This document shows positions 48,135-61,799 of a stretch of 64,000 bases of DNA, in pieces (positions within the stretch are counted from its first letter, which is position 1; the number at the start of each line of letters is the position of its first letter). The notes beneath the pieces were generated by a model, which worked only from the letters and a program-made list of their open reading frames with translations, ran no database searches and had not been told where the DNA came from. This DNA comes from Malacoraja senta (Eukaryota). Position numbers and translations under genes: made by a program. The DNA is taken from positions 186,001-250,000 of the forward strand of contig JAXLNO010000680.1 in assembly GCA_038087875.1 (NCBI GenBank), in the 5' to 3' direction.

Positions 48135-51045
48135 CTCTCTCGACTCTGGATCAGTTCCTGTGGACTCGAGGGTAGCCAATGTAACTCCATTTTTTAAGAA
48201 AGGAGGGGGAGAGAAAATAGGGAATTATAGACCAGTTAGCCTTACATCGGTAGTAGGGAAGATGCTGGAGTCGATTATTAAAGATGTCATAGCAGCACAT
48301 TTGGAAAGCAGTGACAGGATCGGTCAAAGTCTGCTTGGATTGATGAAGGGGAAATCATGTTTGACTAATCTTTTGGAATTTTTTGAGGATGTAACAAGTA
48401 GAATGGATAAGGGAGAGCCAGTGGATGTGGTGTATCTGGACTTTCAAAAAGCCTTTGACAAGGTCCCACAGAAAAGATTAGTGTGCAAAATTAGAGCACA
48501 TGGTATTGGGGGTAGGGAATTGACATGGATAGAGAACTGGTTGGCAGGCAGGAAGCAAAGAGTAGGAATTTTCAGAATGGCAGGCAGTGACTAGTGGGGT
48601 GCCGCAAGGCTCGGTGCTGGGACCCCAGTTGTTTACAATATATATTAATGATTTAGATTAGGAAATTAAATGTAACATCTCTAAGTTTGTGGATGACACA
48701 AAGCTGGGTGGTAGTGTGAGTTGCGGGGAAGATGCTATGAGAATGCAGGGTAACTTGGACAGGTTGGGTGAGTGGGCCCATGCATGGCAGATGCAGTATA
48801 ATGTGGATAAATATGAGGGTATCCACTTTGGTGGCAAGAACAGAAAGGCAGATTATCTGAACGGTGGCAGATTAGGAGAAGGGGGGGGGGGGGGGCGGGG
48901 ATTGCAACGAGACCTGGATGTGCTTGTACATCAGTCACTGAAAGTAAGCATGCAAGTACAGCAGGTAGTGAAGAAAGCTAATGCCATGTTGGCCTTCATT
49001 GCGAGAGGATTTGAGTTTAGGAACAAGGAGGTCCTACTGCAGTTGTACAGGGCCCTGGTGTGACCACACCAGGAGTATTGTGTGCAATTTTGGTCTCCTA
49101 ATTTGAGGAAGGACATTATTGCTATTGAGGGAGTGGAGCGTAGGTTCACCAGGTTAATTCCCGGGATGGCGGGACTGTCATATGATGAAAGAATGGGTTG
49201 ACTGGGCTTGTATTTGCTTGAAATTAGAATCATAGAAACATAAAAAATAGGTGCAGGAGTAGGCCATTCGGCTCTTCAATATGATCATGGCTGATCATCC
49301 AACTCAGTATCCCGTACCTGCCTTCTCTCCATACCCCCTGATCCCTTTAGCCACAAGGGCCACATCTAACTCCCTCTTAAATATAGCCAATGAACTGGCC
49401 TCAACTACCTTCTGTGGCAGAGAATTCCACAGATTCACCACTCTCTGTGTGAAAAATGTTTTTCTCATCTCGGTCCTAAAAGACTTCCCCCTTATCCTTA
49501 AACTGTGACCCTTTGTTCTGGACTTCCCCAACATCGGGAACAATCTTCCTGCATCTAGCCTGCCCAACCCCTTAAGAATTTTGTAAGTTTCTATGAGATC
49601 CCCCCTCAATCTTCTAAATTCTAGCGAGTACAAGCCGAGTCTATCCAGTCTTTCTTCATATGAAAGTCCTGACATCCCAGGAATCAGTCTGGTGAACCTT
49701 CTCTGTACTCCCTCTATGGCAAGAATGTCATTCCTCAGATTAGGAGACCAAAACTGTACACAATACTCCAGGTGTGGTCTCACCAAGGCCCTGTACAACT
49801 GAAGTAGAACCTCCCTGCTCCTATACTCAAATCCTTTTGCTATGAATGCTAACATACCATTTGCTTTCTTCACTGCTTGCTGCACCTGCATGCCTACTTT
49901 CAATGATTGGTGTACCATGACACCCAGGTCTCGTTGCATCTCCCCTTTTCCTAATCAGCCACCATTCAGATAATAGTCAACTTTCCTGTTCTTGCCACCA
50001 AAGTGGATAACCTCACATTTATCCACATTATACTGCATCTGCCATGCATTTGCCCACTCCCCCAACCTATCCAAGTCACCTTGCAGCCTCCTAGCATCCT
50101 CCTCACAGCTAACACTGCCCCCCAGGTTCGTGTCATCCGCAAACTTGGAGATGTTGCATTCCATTCCCTCGTCCAAATCATTAATATATATTGTAAATAG
50201 CTGGGGTCCCAGCACTGAGCCTTGCAGTACCCCTCGTCACTGCCTGCCATTCTGAAAAGGACCCGTTTACTCCTACTCTTTGCTTCCTGTCTACCAGCCA
50301 GTTCTCTATCCACATCAATACTGAACCCCCAATACCGTGTGGTTTAAGTTTGCACAGTAATCTCTTATGTGGGACCTTGTCGAAAGCCTTCTGAAAGTCC
50401 AGATATAACACATCCACTAGTTCTCCCTTATCCACTCTACTAGTTTCATGCTCGAAAAATTCTATAAGATTCGTCAGACATGATTTACCTTTCATAAATC
50501 CATGCTGACTTTGCCCAATGATTTCACCACTTTCCAAATGTGCTGCTATCCCATCTTTAATAACTGACTCTAGCAGTTTCCCCACTACCGATGTTAGACT
50601 AACTGGTCTGTAATTCCCCGTTTTCTCCCTCCCTTTTTAAAAAGTGGGGTTACATTAGCTCCAATCCTCAGGAACTACTCCAGAATCTAAAGAGAGGGGA
50701 TCTTATAGAAACATATAAAATTCTTACACAGATGCAGGAAAAATGTTCCCGATGTTGGGGGAGTCCAGAGCCAGGGGTCACAGTTTAAGAATAAGGGGTA
50801 GGCCATTTCAGACTGAGATGAGGAAAAGCTTTTTCACCCAGAGAGTTGTGAATCTGTGGAATTCTCTGCCTCAGAAGGCAGTGGAGGCCAATTCACTGGA
50901 TGTTTTCAAGAGAGAGTTAGATTTAGCTCTTAGGTCTAACGGAATCAAGGGATATGGGGAAAAAGCCGGAACGGGGCACTGATTTTGGATGATCAGCCAT
51001 GATCATATTGAATGGCAGTGTTGGCTCGAGGGGCCGAATGGCCTA
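48135..51045 (+). mobile_element. CR1 LINE (RT domain and 3' end) split by an antisense CR1; pieces at 48135-49228 and 50692-51045
   Basis: NYRPVSLTSVVGKMLE...LDFQKAFDKV...DDTKL. The consensus resumes at gagaggggatcttatagaaac (50692). Confidence 0.85.
49229..50694 (-). mobile_element. CR1 LINE (RT domain and 3' end), nested
   Basis: ORFs 50181..50585, 49955..50215 (FADDT) and 49304..49939. Confidence 0.9.
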
Positions 51046-51699
51046 CGGTGTCGCAGCAGAAGAGTTGCTGCCACAGCGCCAGAGACCAGAATTGGATCCT
51101 GACCACGGGTGCTGCCTGTACGGAGTTTGTACGTCCTCCCTGTGACCATGCGGGTTTCTCTCTCCTGGGTGAATGTTATTATTATTATCCCTATACATGT
51201 ACACACTGTTTCTCTAAACTAAACTAAGATTGATGAGGGCAAGCTCTTGGAGATAGTCTATATGAACGTTAGCGAGGCCTTTGATAACGTACACTTTACA
51301 GAAGCCAATTAACCTACAAACCTGAACATCTTTTGAGTGTGGGGGGAAACCGGAGCTCCCGGAGAAAACCCACGCGGTCACAGGGAGAAGTTAAAAATCC
51401 GTACAGACAGCACACGTAGTCAGGATCGAACCGGGTCTCTGGTACTGTAAGGCAGCAACTCTACCGCTGCACCACCCAGTTCTGATAGGTTAGATCGCTG
51501 ACTGGGTACAGAACTGGCTTCATGGAAGGATGCAGAGGGTGATGGTGGAAGGTTGCTTCTCAGACTGAGGGCCTGTGACCAGTGGTGTGCCTCAGGGAGC
51601 GATGCTGGGCCATTACTGTTTGCCATCTATATCAATGATTTGGATGAAAATGTACAGGGTGTATTTACAGATTGCATGCATGCTGGTGTCCAGAGGACA

Positions 51700-52355
51700 C
51701 CAAAGACCGCTCCCTCCGTAACTCCCTGGTCAATTCGTCCCTTCCCACCCAAACCACCCCCTCTCTTGGTACTTTCCCTTGTAACTGCAGGAAATGCTAC
51801 ACTTGTCGCTTTGCCTCCCCCCTTGACCATCCAAGGATCCAAGCAGTCTTTCCAGGTGCGGCATAGGTTCACCTGCACCTCCTCCAACCTCATCTATTGC
51901 ATCCGCTGCTCTATGTGTCAGCCTGCTCTACATCGGTGAGACCAAGCGTAGGCTTGGCGATTGGTTCGCCCAACACCTCCGCTCGTTTCGCAATAACCAA
52001 CCTGATCTCCCGGTGGCTCAGCACTTCAACTCCCCCTCCCATTCCGAATCCGACCTTTCTGTCCTGGGCCTCCTCCATGGCCAGAGTGAGGCCCCCACAA
52101 ATTGGAGGAGCAGCACCTCATATTTCGCTTGGGTAGTTTACACCCCAGCGGTATGAACATTGACTTCTCCAATTTCAGGTAGTCCCTGCTTTTTCCCTCC
52201 TTCCCCTCCCCTTCCCAGCTCCTCCCACAGCCACTGTCTCCGCCTCTTCCTTTCTTCTTCCCACCCCCCCCAGCCTCCCTTCATTAGTCTGATGAAAGGC
52301 AGCATCCATAGATGCTGCCTGATCCGCTGAGTTTCTCCAGCATTTTTATCTACCC
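51700..52355 (+). mobile_element. Penelope-like element 3' fragment (GIY-YIG region)
   Basis: DRSLRNSLVNSS...CTSSNLIYCIRC...YIGET across degraded frames. Confidence 0.8.
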
Positions 52356-52749
52356 ACACAATGCTGAAGTAAGAGGCAGCATCTCTAGAAGGAATGGGTG
52401 ACGTTTCAGGTCGAGACCCTTCTTCAGACTGAGTCAGGGAGAGGAAAACACAGATAAAGAAGTGTAAGTGTGAAAACGAGACATCAAAGGGGATGGGATG
52501 AAGGAGAATGTAGAATAGATCATAGAATTCTAGGAGAAGGTGACAACAAATCAAACAGATAAAATGTAATCGGGGACAGTCAGACTATTCAGAGATGCTG
52601 CCTGTCCCGCTGAGTTACTCCAGCATTTGTGTCTATCTTCGGTTTAAACCAGCATCTGCAGTTACTTCTTACACATCGTACAAATTGAACATGGTTATCA
52701 AGAATTACAACAAGATCTTGATCAGATCTTTCACATGTAAAATTAACAA

Positions 52750-55700
52750 ACATAGATATACACGCATTAACACACATGGACCCGTACACATACACACAGA
52801 CCCATACATACTCAGACCCATACGTAGTCCCTGTGTACACACACATACCCTACGCACTCACTACACACACATGCAAACCCAACACACAGAACCAATGCAG
52901 ACACTCATAACTATGCACACAGATCCATACACACACGGACCGAGTCATACACACGGCAACCCTACACACACACACACACACCCTATGCACCTGCAGACCC
53001 ATACACACACATACGTACACAGACCTACGCAGAGACTGTCCAATGCACACACATACACAGACTAGTACACACATACACAGACCCATGCACATATGTACAC
53101 ACAGACCTACACACAGGTATAGACCCATGCGCACACATACACACCAATTCACACATGTACACACATACACAGACCTACACACACATGTACAGACCCATGC
53201 AAATAGTCTTACACACATAGACAGACCATAACACACATACAGACCCATACACACACATGTACACACGTACAGACCTATACTCGCAGGTACAGACCTATAT
53301 ACAAGCTCACAACGCCTTCACACACACCTAGACCCTGCACACATGTACACAAATAAACAGACCCATGCACACACGTACAGATCCTTACACACATGTACAT
53401 ACATATCCATTACACACATATGTACATACATACCCATTACACACACATGTACATACATACCCATTACACACATAGATCTACACACAAACGCACGCACATA
53501 TACAGACCCATTACACACAGGTACAGACCTACAAACGAGCACACCCACCTTCATACACAGCTACAAACCCATGCACCCATGTACACGCATACAGACCCTT
53601 ACACCCATGTACACGCATACACAGACCCATAACACACATGTACACAGACCCATAACACTCATGTATATAGACCCATAACACACATGTATACACCCATAAC
53701 ACACATGTACACATACCCATAATACACATGTACAAAGACACATAACACACATGTACACAGACCCATAACACTCATGTACACAGACCCATAACACACATGT
53801 ACACAGACCCATAACACACATGTATACAGACCCATAACACTCATGTACACAGACCCATAACACACACTTACACAAACCTATAACACACATGTGCACAGAC
53901 CCATAACACTCATGTACACAGACCCATAACACTCATGTACACAGACCCATAACACACATGTATGCAAATCCATAACACACATGTACACAGACCCATAACA
54001 CTCATGTACACAGACCCATAACACACATGTACACAGACCCATAACACTCATGTACACAGACCCATTACACACATGTACACAGACTCATAACACACATGTG
54101 CACAGACCCATAACACTCATGTACACAGACCCATAACACACATGTATATGACCCATAACACACATGTACACAGACCCATAACACACATCTACACAAACCC
54201 TTGACACACATGTACACAAACCCTTAACACACACGTACACAGACCCATAACACACATCTACACAAACCCTTGACACACATGTACACAAACCCTTAACACA
54301 CACGTACACAGATGCATAACACACGTGTACACAGACCCATAACACACGTGTACAGACCCATAACACTCGTGTACACAGACCCATAACACACGTGTACGCA
54401 GACCCTTAACACACGTGAATGCAGACCTATAACACACATGTACGCAGACCCATAACACACATGTACACAGACCCTTAAACACACATGTACACAGGCCCAT
54501 AACACACATGTATATGACCCATAACACTCATGTACAGACCCATAACACACATGTACACAAACCCTTAACACACACGTACACAGACCCATAACACACATGT
54601 ACAGACCCATAACACACATGTATATGACCCATAACACTCATGTACACATACCCATAACACTCATGTACACAGACCCATACACATGTACAGACTCATAACA
54701 CAAATGTGCACAGACCCATAACACGCATGTACACAGACCCATAACACACATGTATATGACCCATAACACACATGTACACAGACCCATAACACACGTACAC
54801 AGACCCATAACACACATGTACACAAACCCTTGACACACATATACGCAGACCCACAACACACGTGTACACAGACCCATAACACTCGTGTACATAGACCCAT
54901 AACACACATGTACAGACCCATAACACATGTATGCAGACCCAAAACACACATGTACGCAGACCCAAAACACACATGTACACAGACCCATAACCCATGTACG
55001 CAGACCCAAAACACATGTACGCAGACCCAAAACACACATGTACGCACACCCAATAACACACATGTACAGACCCATTACACACATGTACAGACCCATTACA
55101 TACATGTACACAGACCCATAACACGCATGTAGACCATAACACACATGTACACAGACCCATAACACTCATGTACACAGACCCATAACACACATGCACACAG
55201 ACCCATAACACACATGTACACAGACCCATAACACTCATGTACACAGACCCATAACACTCATGTACACAGACCCATAGCACTCATGTACACAGACCCATAA
55301 CACACATGTACACAGACCCATAACACACATGTACACAGATGCATAACACACATGTATACAGACCCATAACACACATGTACAGACCCATAACACACATGTA
55401 CACAGACCCATAACACTCATGTACACAGACCCATAACACTCATGTACAGAGACCCATAACACTCATGTACACAGACCCATAACACACATGTAGACAGACC
55501 CATAACACACATGTACACAGATGCATAACACACATGTATACAGACCCATAACACACATGTACACATACCCACAACACACATGTACACAGACCCACAACAG
55601 ACACATATGTACACAGACCCATAACACACCTGTGCAGTCCCATAACACTCATGTGCACAGACCCATAACACACATGTATATGACCCATAACACTCATGTA

Positions 55701-55957
55701 CACAAACCCTTAACACACATGTACACAAACCCTTAACACACATGTACACAGACCCATAACACACATGTACACAGACCCACAACACAGACACACATGTACA
55801 CAGACCCATAACACACATGTACACAGACCCATAACACACACGTACACAGACCCATAACACACATGTACACAGACCCACAACACAGACACACATGTACAGA
55901 CGCCTTACACACAGGTACACGCCTACATACGAGGCCACCTTCACACACACACACACA
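52750..55957. repeat. CA-rich satellite with ~23-bp unit ACACAGACCCATAACACACATGT, degenerate at the left end
   Basis: 23-bp periodicity (for example 53760 and 53783); lies in inferred intron 1 of ZBTB22. Confidence 0.95.
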
Positions 55958-56117
55958 GCGGCTGCATTGACCGCAGACCGGGACCGGGAGCGAGCCCCGG
56001 CCGTGCAGCGGCGCCGGCCTGTGCCTGGGCATGAGCCTGGGCCTGTCGCTGGGGGGGTTGCCCGCTGCTGGAGGTGAGGCTGAGGGCCGCGGGGTGGAGG
56101 GCGGTGGGGTTACTCAC

Positions 56118-56335
56118 GGGCGGGCTGGCGGGCGGGCCGGCGGCTCCAGGTGAGGGTGAGGGTGAGGGTGAAGCAGGCGGGCGGGCGGGCAGGCGGGGGC
56201 AGCGCCACCAGCGGCACCGAGCGGCAGCGCAGCCGCCCCGGGGGAGGAGCCTGGATATCGGTGGGAGCGGCTCATTGACAGGGGGCGGGCGGGGATGGAG
56301 GGGAGGGGGCGGGGTCATGGGGAGGGCGGGGGCGG
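56118..56335 (-). promoter_or_regulatory. Putative non-coding first exon and CpG-island promoter of ZBTB22
   Basis: CpG island at about 55960-56340. Minus-strand donor CCC|GTGAGT at 56118/56117. GC boxes (GGGCGG) at about 56280-56337. Confidence 0.55.
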
Positions 56336-56339
56336 GACC

Positions 56340-57150
56340 ACGAGGATGGGGGCGGGGTCTGTGAGGGGGTGTGGCTTCAGGGGGCGGGGCCATGGGTACA
56401 GGAGCGTGAGCACGGGCAGGGGGTGGGTTTATGGGGGTGTGTCTCCAGTGGAGGGGGCGGGCCCCGATGAGGGGGAGGGGTCTGTGAGGGGTGTGGCTCC
56501 AGGGGGCGGGACCACATGGATGGGGCGGGGTCTGTGAGGGGGTGTGGATCCAGGGGGCGGGACCACATGGATGGGGCGGGGTCTGTGAGGGTGTGTGGCT
56601 CCAGGAGGCGGGACCACGTGGATGGGGAGGGGTCTGTGAGGGGGTGTGGCTCCAGGGGGCGGGACCACGTGGATGGGGCGGGGTCTGTGAGGGGGTGTGG
56701 CTCCAGGGGGCGGGACCACGATGATGGGGCGGGGTCTGTGAGGGGGTGTGGCTCCAGGAGGCGGGACCACGATGGTGGGGTGGGGTCTATGAGGGGGTGT
56801 GGCTCCAGGGGGCGGGACCACGATGGTGGGGTGGGGTCAATGAGGGGGTGTGGCTCCAGGGGTCCATGGGTACAGGGTCGTGGCCACGGTGGGGGGCGGG
56901 TTTAAGGCGTGGCTCCAGTGGAGGGGGCGGGGTCTGCGAGGGGGTGTGGCTCCAGGGGAGGGGCGGGGCTACAGGAGCTGGGGCGAGGCCACTGGGAGGG
57001 GCGGGGTCTGTGAGGGGGTGTGGCTCCAAGGGAGGGGCGGGGCTACAGGAGCTGGGGCGGGGCCGTGGGCACAGGGGCGGGGTCTGGGAGGAGGCGGGTT
57101 CATTAGTGGGTGGGGTATATTAGGGGGTGTGGCTCCAGAAAAGTGGGCGG
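56340..57150. repeat. G-rich minisatellite, 51-bp unit (GGGGCGGGGTCTGTGAGGGGGTGTGGCTCCAGGGGGCGGGACCACATGGAT)
   Basis: Units at 56522, 56573 and onward; ORFs show 17-aa periodicity. Confidence 0.92.
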
Positions 57151-57194
57151 GGTAGTGGGAGGGGCATGGCTATGATGAGTGGGGGGGGCCTGTG

Positions 57195-57820
57195 GATGGG
57201 GAGGGGGACTGAAGGCGAGGGGGCGAGAGGAGGAGAGGGGGCGAGAGGGGGGAGGGGGAGAGGGGAGAGGGGGAGAGGGGGAGAGGGGGAGAGGGGGAGA
57301 GGGGGAGAGGGGGAGAGGGGGAGAGGGGGAAGGGGGAGGAGACGGATGGGGCGAGGAGAGGGGGCGAGAGGAGTAGACGGAGGGGTGAGGAGAGGGGGCG
57401 AGAGGAGTAGAGGGGGAGAGGGAGGAGATGGAGGGGCAAGGAGAGGGGAGAGGTGGCGAGAGGGAGGAGACGGAGGGGCGAGGAGAGGGGGAGAGGGGGG
57501 AGAGGAGGAGGAGACGGAGGGGCGAGGAGAGGGGGAGAGGGGGAGAGGGGGAGAGGGGGAGAGGAGACAGAGGGGCGAGGAGAGGGGGAGAGGGGGAGAG
57601 GGGAGAGGGGGAGAGGGGGAGAGGGGGAGGAGACGGAGGGGCAAGGAGAGGGGGAGTGGGGAAGACGGGGTGAGGAGAGGGAGAGAGGGAGAGGAAGGGG
57701 GCAAAGAGAGGGGGAGGGAGAGAGGAGGAGAGGGGGTGGGGGAGGGGAGATGGAGAGGAAAGGGGAATGAGGAGAGGGGGAGGTGGGAGGGGGGAGGTGA
57801 GGGGGAGGGGTCAGGGGAGA
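57195..57820. repeat. Polypurine (GGGGGAGA)n-type low-complexity tract
   Basis: Read directly from the sequence. Confidence 0.95.
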
Positions 57821-59250
57821 GACCAATGCAGTGGTGGTCGACAATGGGTTGTTGATGATCAGCATGGACTTGATGGGCCGAAGGGTCTGTTTCTTTACTT
57901 GCCCAGTGACACAGTGTGGGAACAGGGCCCTCCTGCCCACCGAGACCTTGCCGACCAGCGGACACTAGGTGTATGTTATCCCACTTTCTCATCCAATGCC
58001 GGCACACTGGGGCTATTTCACCAAAGACAATGAAGCTACAAACCTGCACATCTTTGGAGTGTGGCAGTAAACCGGAGAACCCGGAGAAAACCCAGACAGG
58101 GCACGGGGAGAACGTACAAACTCCGTACAGACAGCACCCGTAGTCAGGATGGAACCCGGGTCTCCGGCACCGTGAGGCAGCAACTCTACCGCTGCGGCAC
58201 TCTGCTGTGTCTCTCTGTAATTGTGAAAAAAATAATGAGGAACTTTACATTCGAAGTATAGACCATCTACACGTACATTGTGTTGTCAGGCTTATACACA
58301 TGAAATGTCGTCGTTAATGCATTCTCCATACAAAGCACCATTGCTATTCATAGAACAGTACACCACAAAAACAGGCCGTACGGCCCAATGTCTGTGCCGA
58401 ACATGATGCCAAGACCATCAGGGTTCGATCCTGACCATGGGTGCTGTCTGTACAGAGTTTGTACCCCGTGACCTGCGTGGGTTTTCTCCGGGTGCTCCGG
58501 TTTCCTCCCACACTCCAAAGACGTGCGTGCGAATTGGCTTCTGTAAGTTGTCCTCAGTGGGCAGGCAAGAACAAGGTCACTCGGTGGGCCGAAGGGCCTG
58601 TTTCCATGCTGTATCTCCAAACTAAACTAAACTAAACTAAACTACACTGAACATTTGTGTGTCCATGGGAACAGCACGTAGACCAAAGAGGTCGGATTTT
58701 ACTGGACTTTATCTTGCACCAAACGTTATTCTCTTAACTGAACCATCCTGCCGCAACCAGAGAGCAGTCCTGAACTACTAGCTACCTCATTGGAGACCCA
58801 CGCACTACCTTTGATCGGACTTCACTGGATTTATCTTGCACGAAACATTATTCCCGTTATCCTGTAGCTGTACACTGTGCATGACTTGATTGTAATCATG
58901 TATAGCCTTTCCGCTGAATTTTAACTGTACCTCGGTATATGTGACAATAAACTAAATTAATAATAAATGAAATATTGGAAGGAGTGTCCTGCATGCCATG
59001 GTATATTGGACAGGGCCGTGTTGAGACACAGGCTTGATCTTTTAGCTGCAGTTTCAGCAGTTTATTGTCACGAGTACCGAGGGGCAACATTTTCACACAA
59101 AGTGTGGTGGGTGTATGGAAAGAGCTGCCTTAGGAGGTAGTTGCAGCTGGGACTATCGCAACGTTTAAGAAACAGACAGGTACATGGCTAGTCGATAAAA
59201 ATGCTGGAGAAACTCAGCGGGTGAGGCGACATCTATGGAGCGAAGGAATA

Positions 59251-59284
59251 GGTGACGTTTCAGGTCGAGACCCTTCTTCAGACC
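59251..59284 (-). ncRNA. Minimal type I hammerhead ribozyme motif in a Penelope-like terminal repeat
   Basis: Minus strand reads GGU-CUGAAGA-AGGGUCUCGACCU-GAAA-CG-UC-ACC. It has both conserved core boxes, a stem II, a palindromic ACGU stem III, a GUC cleavage triplet and a 3-bp stem I (GGU/ACC). Activity is untested. Confidence 0.55.
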
Positions 59285-60984
59285 ATGGATAGGGCAGGTT
59301 TGGAGGGATATGGGCGAAATGCGATCAGGTGGGACTAGTGTAGATGGGACATGTTGGCCGGCGTGGGCAAGTTGGTTCGAAGGGCCTGTTTCCACGCAGT
59401 ATGTCCCACGCTATGACTCTATTTGCGGGGTGTGCAAGATAATTTTGCTGTGCTGTGCGTACGTAACAACCCTGAACGATTGAACCCTTTGGGAGCGAGC
59501 AAACACCAAAGCGGCCAAATAGCCTCTTTCGACCTCATTGTAATCTGCCTGCATGAAGGCATTGGGTCATTGTGAGCGGGAACGTATTGTTACTTTCTTC
59601 CGCTGTTGATGAGTTACAAGGGCGGCACGATGAGGCAGCAGTAGAGTTTCTGCCTTACAGCGCCAGAGACCCGGGTTCGATCCTGTCTACAGGTGCTGTT
59701 CTCCCCGTGACCTGCGTGGGTTTTCTCCGAGTGCTCTGGTTTCATCCCACGGTCCAAAGACGTACAGCTTTGTAGGTTAATGAGCTGGGTAAATTTGTAA
59801 ATTGTCCCTAGTGTGTGTAGGATAGAGCTAGTGTACGGGGGTCACTGGTCGGTACAGACTTAGTGGGCCAAAGGGCCTGTTGCCGCACTGTATCTCTAAA
59901 CTAAACTGAACTAAATTGGACTAAGCTGCTACAGAAAGACACAAAGATTTGGGGTAACTCTGCGGGTCAGGCAGCATCTCCGGAGAGAAGGAATTTGTGA
60001 CGTTTTGGATCGAGACCATTCTTCAGCATGAGAATCAGGGGAGAGGGAGACATAGAGATATGGAAGGGCAAGGTGTGAAAATAACATATCAAAGGGGACA
60101 AAGTTCAGGGAAATGTGAAATGGTTCATTGTTAACTGAGGGGAAAGTGACAACGAGGTTACAATCAGTAATATCTAATCAGGAGGAGAGTAAAACTAGTC
60201 GGAGAACTAGGGTGGGGGTGGGATGGAGAGAGAGGGAAAGCAAGGGTTACTTGAAGTTGGAGAAGTTAATATTCATACCGCTGGGTTGTAAGCTGCCCAA
60301 GCGAAATATGAAAGGTAAGGTAAATTGTCCTTTGTGTGTGCAGGATAGTGCTAGTGTATGGGGATCGCTGGGCGGCGCGGAGTCGGTGGGTCGAAGGTTC
60401 CACGCTGGAATCTCTAAACTAAACTAACAGTGGTCCCGATATTTGCATGCGCAAACGTTTGCCATTTTTGGCGGTGCATTTCAATTAGTTGTACATCTAG
60501 GTTGTACGAAGCGTGACAGCGCACACCTCCTGATTGAGGGGCAGTTTCTTCCCAGCTGTTATCAGGCAACTGAACCATCCTACCACAACCAGAGAGCAGT
60601 CCTGAACTACTATCTACCTCATTGGTGGCCCTCGGACTATCCTTGACCAGACTTGCTGGCTTTACCTTGCACGAAACGTTATTCCCCTTATCATGTATCT
60701 ATCTGTACACTGTGCATGGCTCGACTGTAATCATGTATTGTCTTTCCGCTGACTGGATAGCACGCAACATAAGCTTTTTACTGTACCTCGGTACACGTGA
60801 CAATAAACTAAACTAAACTAAACATCTCGTTTCAGGATAAGCTTGAAAAGTCCCTGAGTTTCCTACAGCAGCAGATGGATGAGGTCTTCAGGAGTCAGAG
60901 TGAAGAGGAGACAAACATGCTGAAACTCAAGGCAAGTTTTTGTAAAGACGCTTCATTGAGCATTAATAAGGTCATTAGGACTAG

Positions 60985-61780
60985 GATTAGAATTAGGCCT
61001 TTTGGCCCATCAAGTCTACTCCGCCATTCAATCATGGCTGATCTATCTCTCCCCCTAATCCTATTCTCCTGCCTTCTCCCCATAACCCCTGACACCCGTA
61101 CTAATCAAGAATCTATCTATCTCTGCCTTAAAAATATCCACTGACTTGTGGCCTCCACAGCCTTCTGTGGCAAAGAATTCCACAGATTTACCACCCTCTG
61201 AGTGAATACATTTCTCCTCATCTCCTTCCGAAAAGAACGTCCTTTACTTCTGAGGCTTTGACCTCCAGTCCTAGACTCTCCCACCAGTGGAAACATCCTC
61301 TCCACGTCCACTCTATCCAGGCCTTTCACTATTCTGTACGTTTCAATGAGGCTCCCCCCCCCCGCTCATTAGTCTAAACTCCAGCGAGTACAGGCCCAGT
61401 GCCGACAAAAGCTCATCATAGGTTAACCCACTCATTCCTGGGATCATTCTTGTAAACCTCCTCTGGACCCTCTCCAGAGCCAGCACATCCTTCCTCAGAA
61501 TTGCTCGCAATATTCTAAATGTGGCCTGACCAGCGCCTTATAGAGCCTCAGCGTTACATCCCTGTTTTGTATACAAGCCCTCTGGAAATAAATGTTAGCA
61601 TTGAGTTTGCTTTCTTTACTACCGATTCAACTTGCAGATTAACTTTTTGGGAATCCTGCACTAGCACTCCCTAGTCCCTTTGCACCTCCGATTTCTGGAT
61701 TCTCGCCCCATTTAGCAAATAGTTTACGCCTTTATTCCTACTACCAAAATGCATGAGTCCACACTTTGCTACACTATATT
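60985..61780 (-). mobile_element. CR1-clade LINE 3' end
   Basis: ORF 61117..61329 plus upstream degraded CR1 coding sequence. Confidence 0.8.
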
Positions 61781-61799
61781 CTAAATTAAATTAAACAGT

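Noticed and set aside
56118..56275. ATG at 56275 giving a Pro/Ala-rich N-terminus for ZBTB22
   Set aside because: 158 + 5 nt to the main ATG is out of frame, so it is at most an overlapping uORF.
52850..58049. Numerous Cys/Val/Met-rich and Pro/Gly-rich ORFs
   Set aside because: They are translations of the 23-bp, 51-bp and polypurine repeats.
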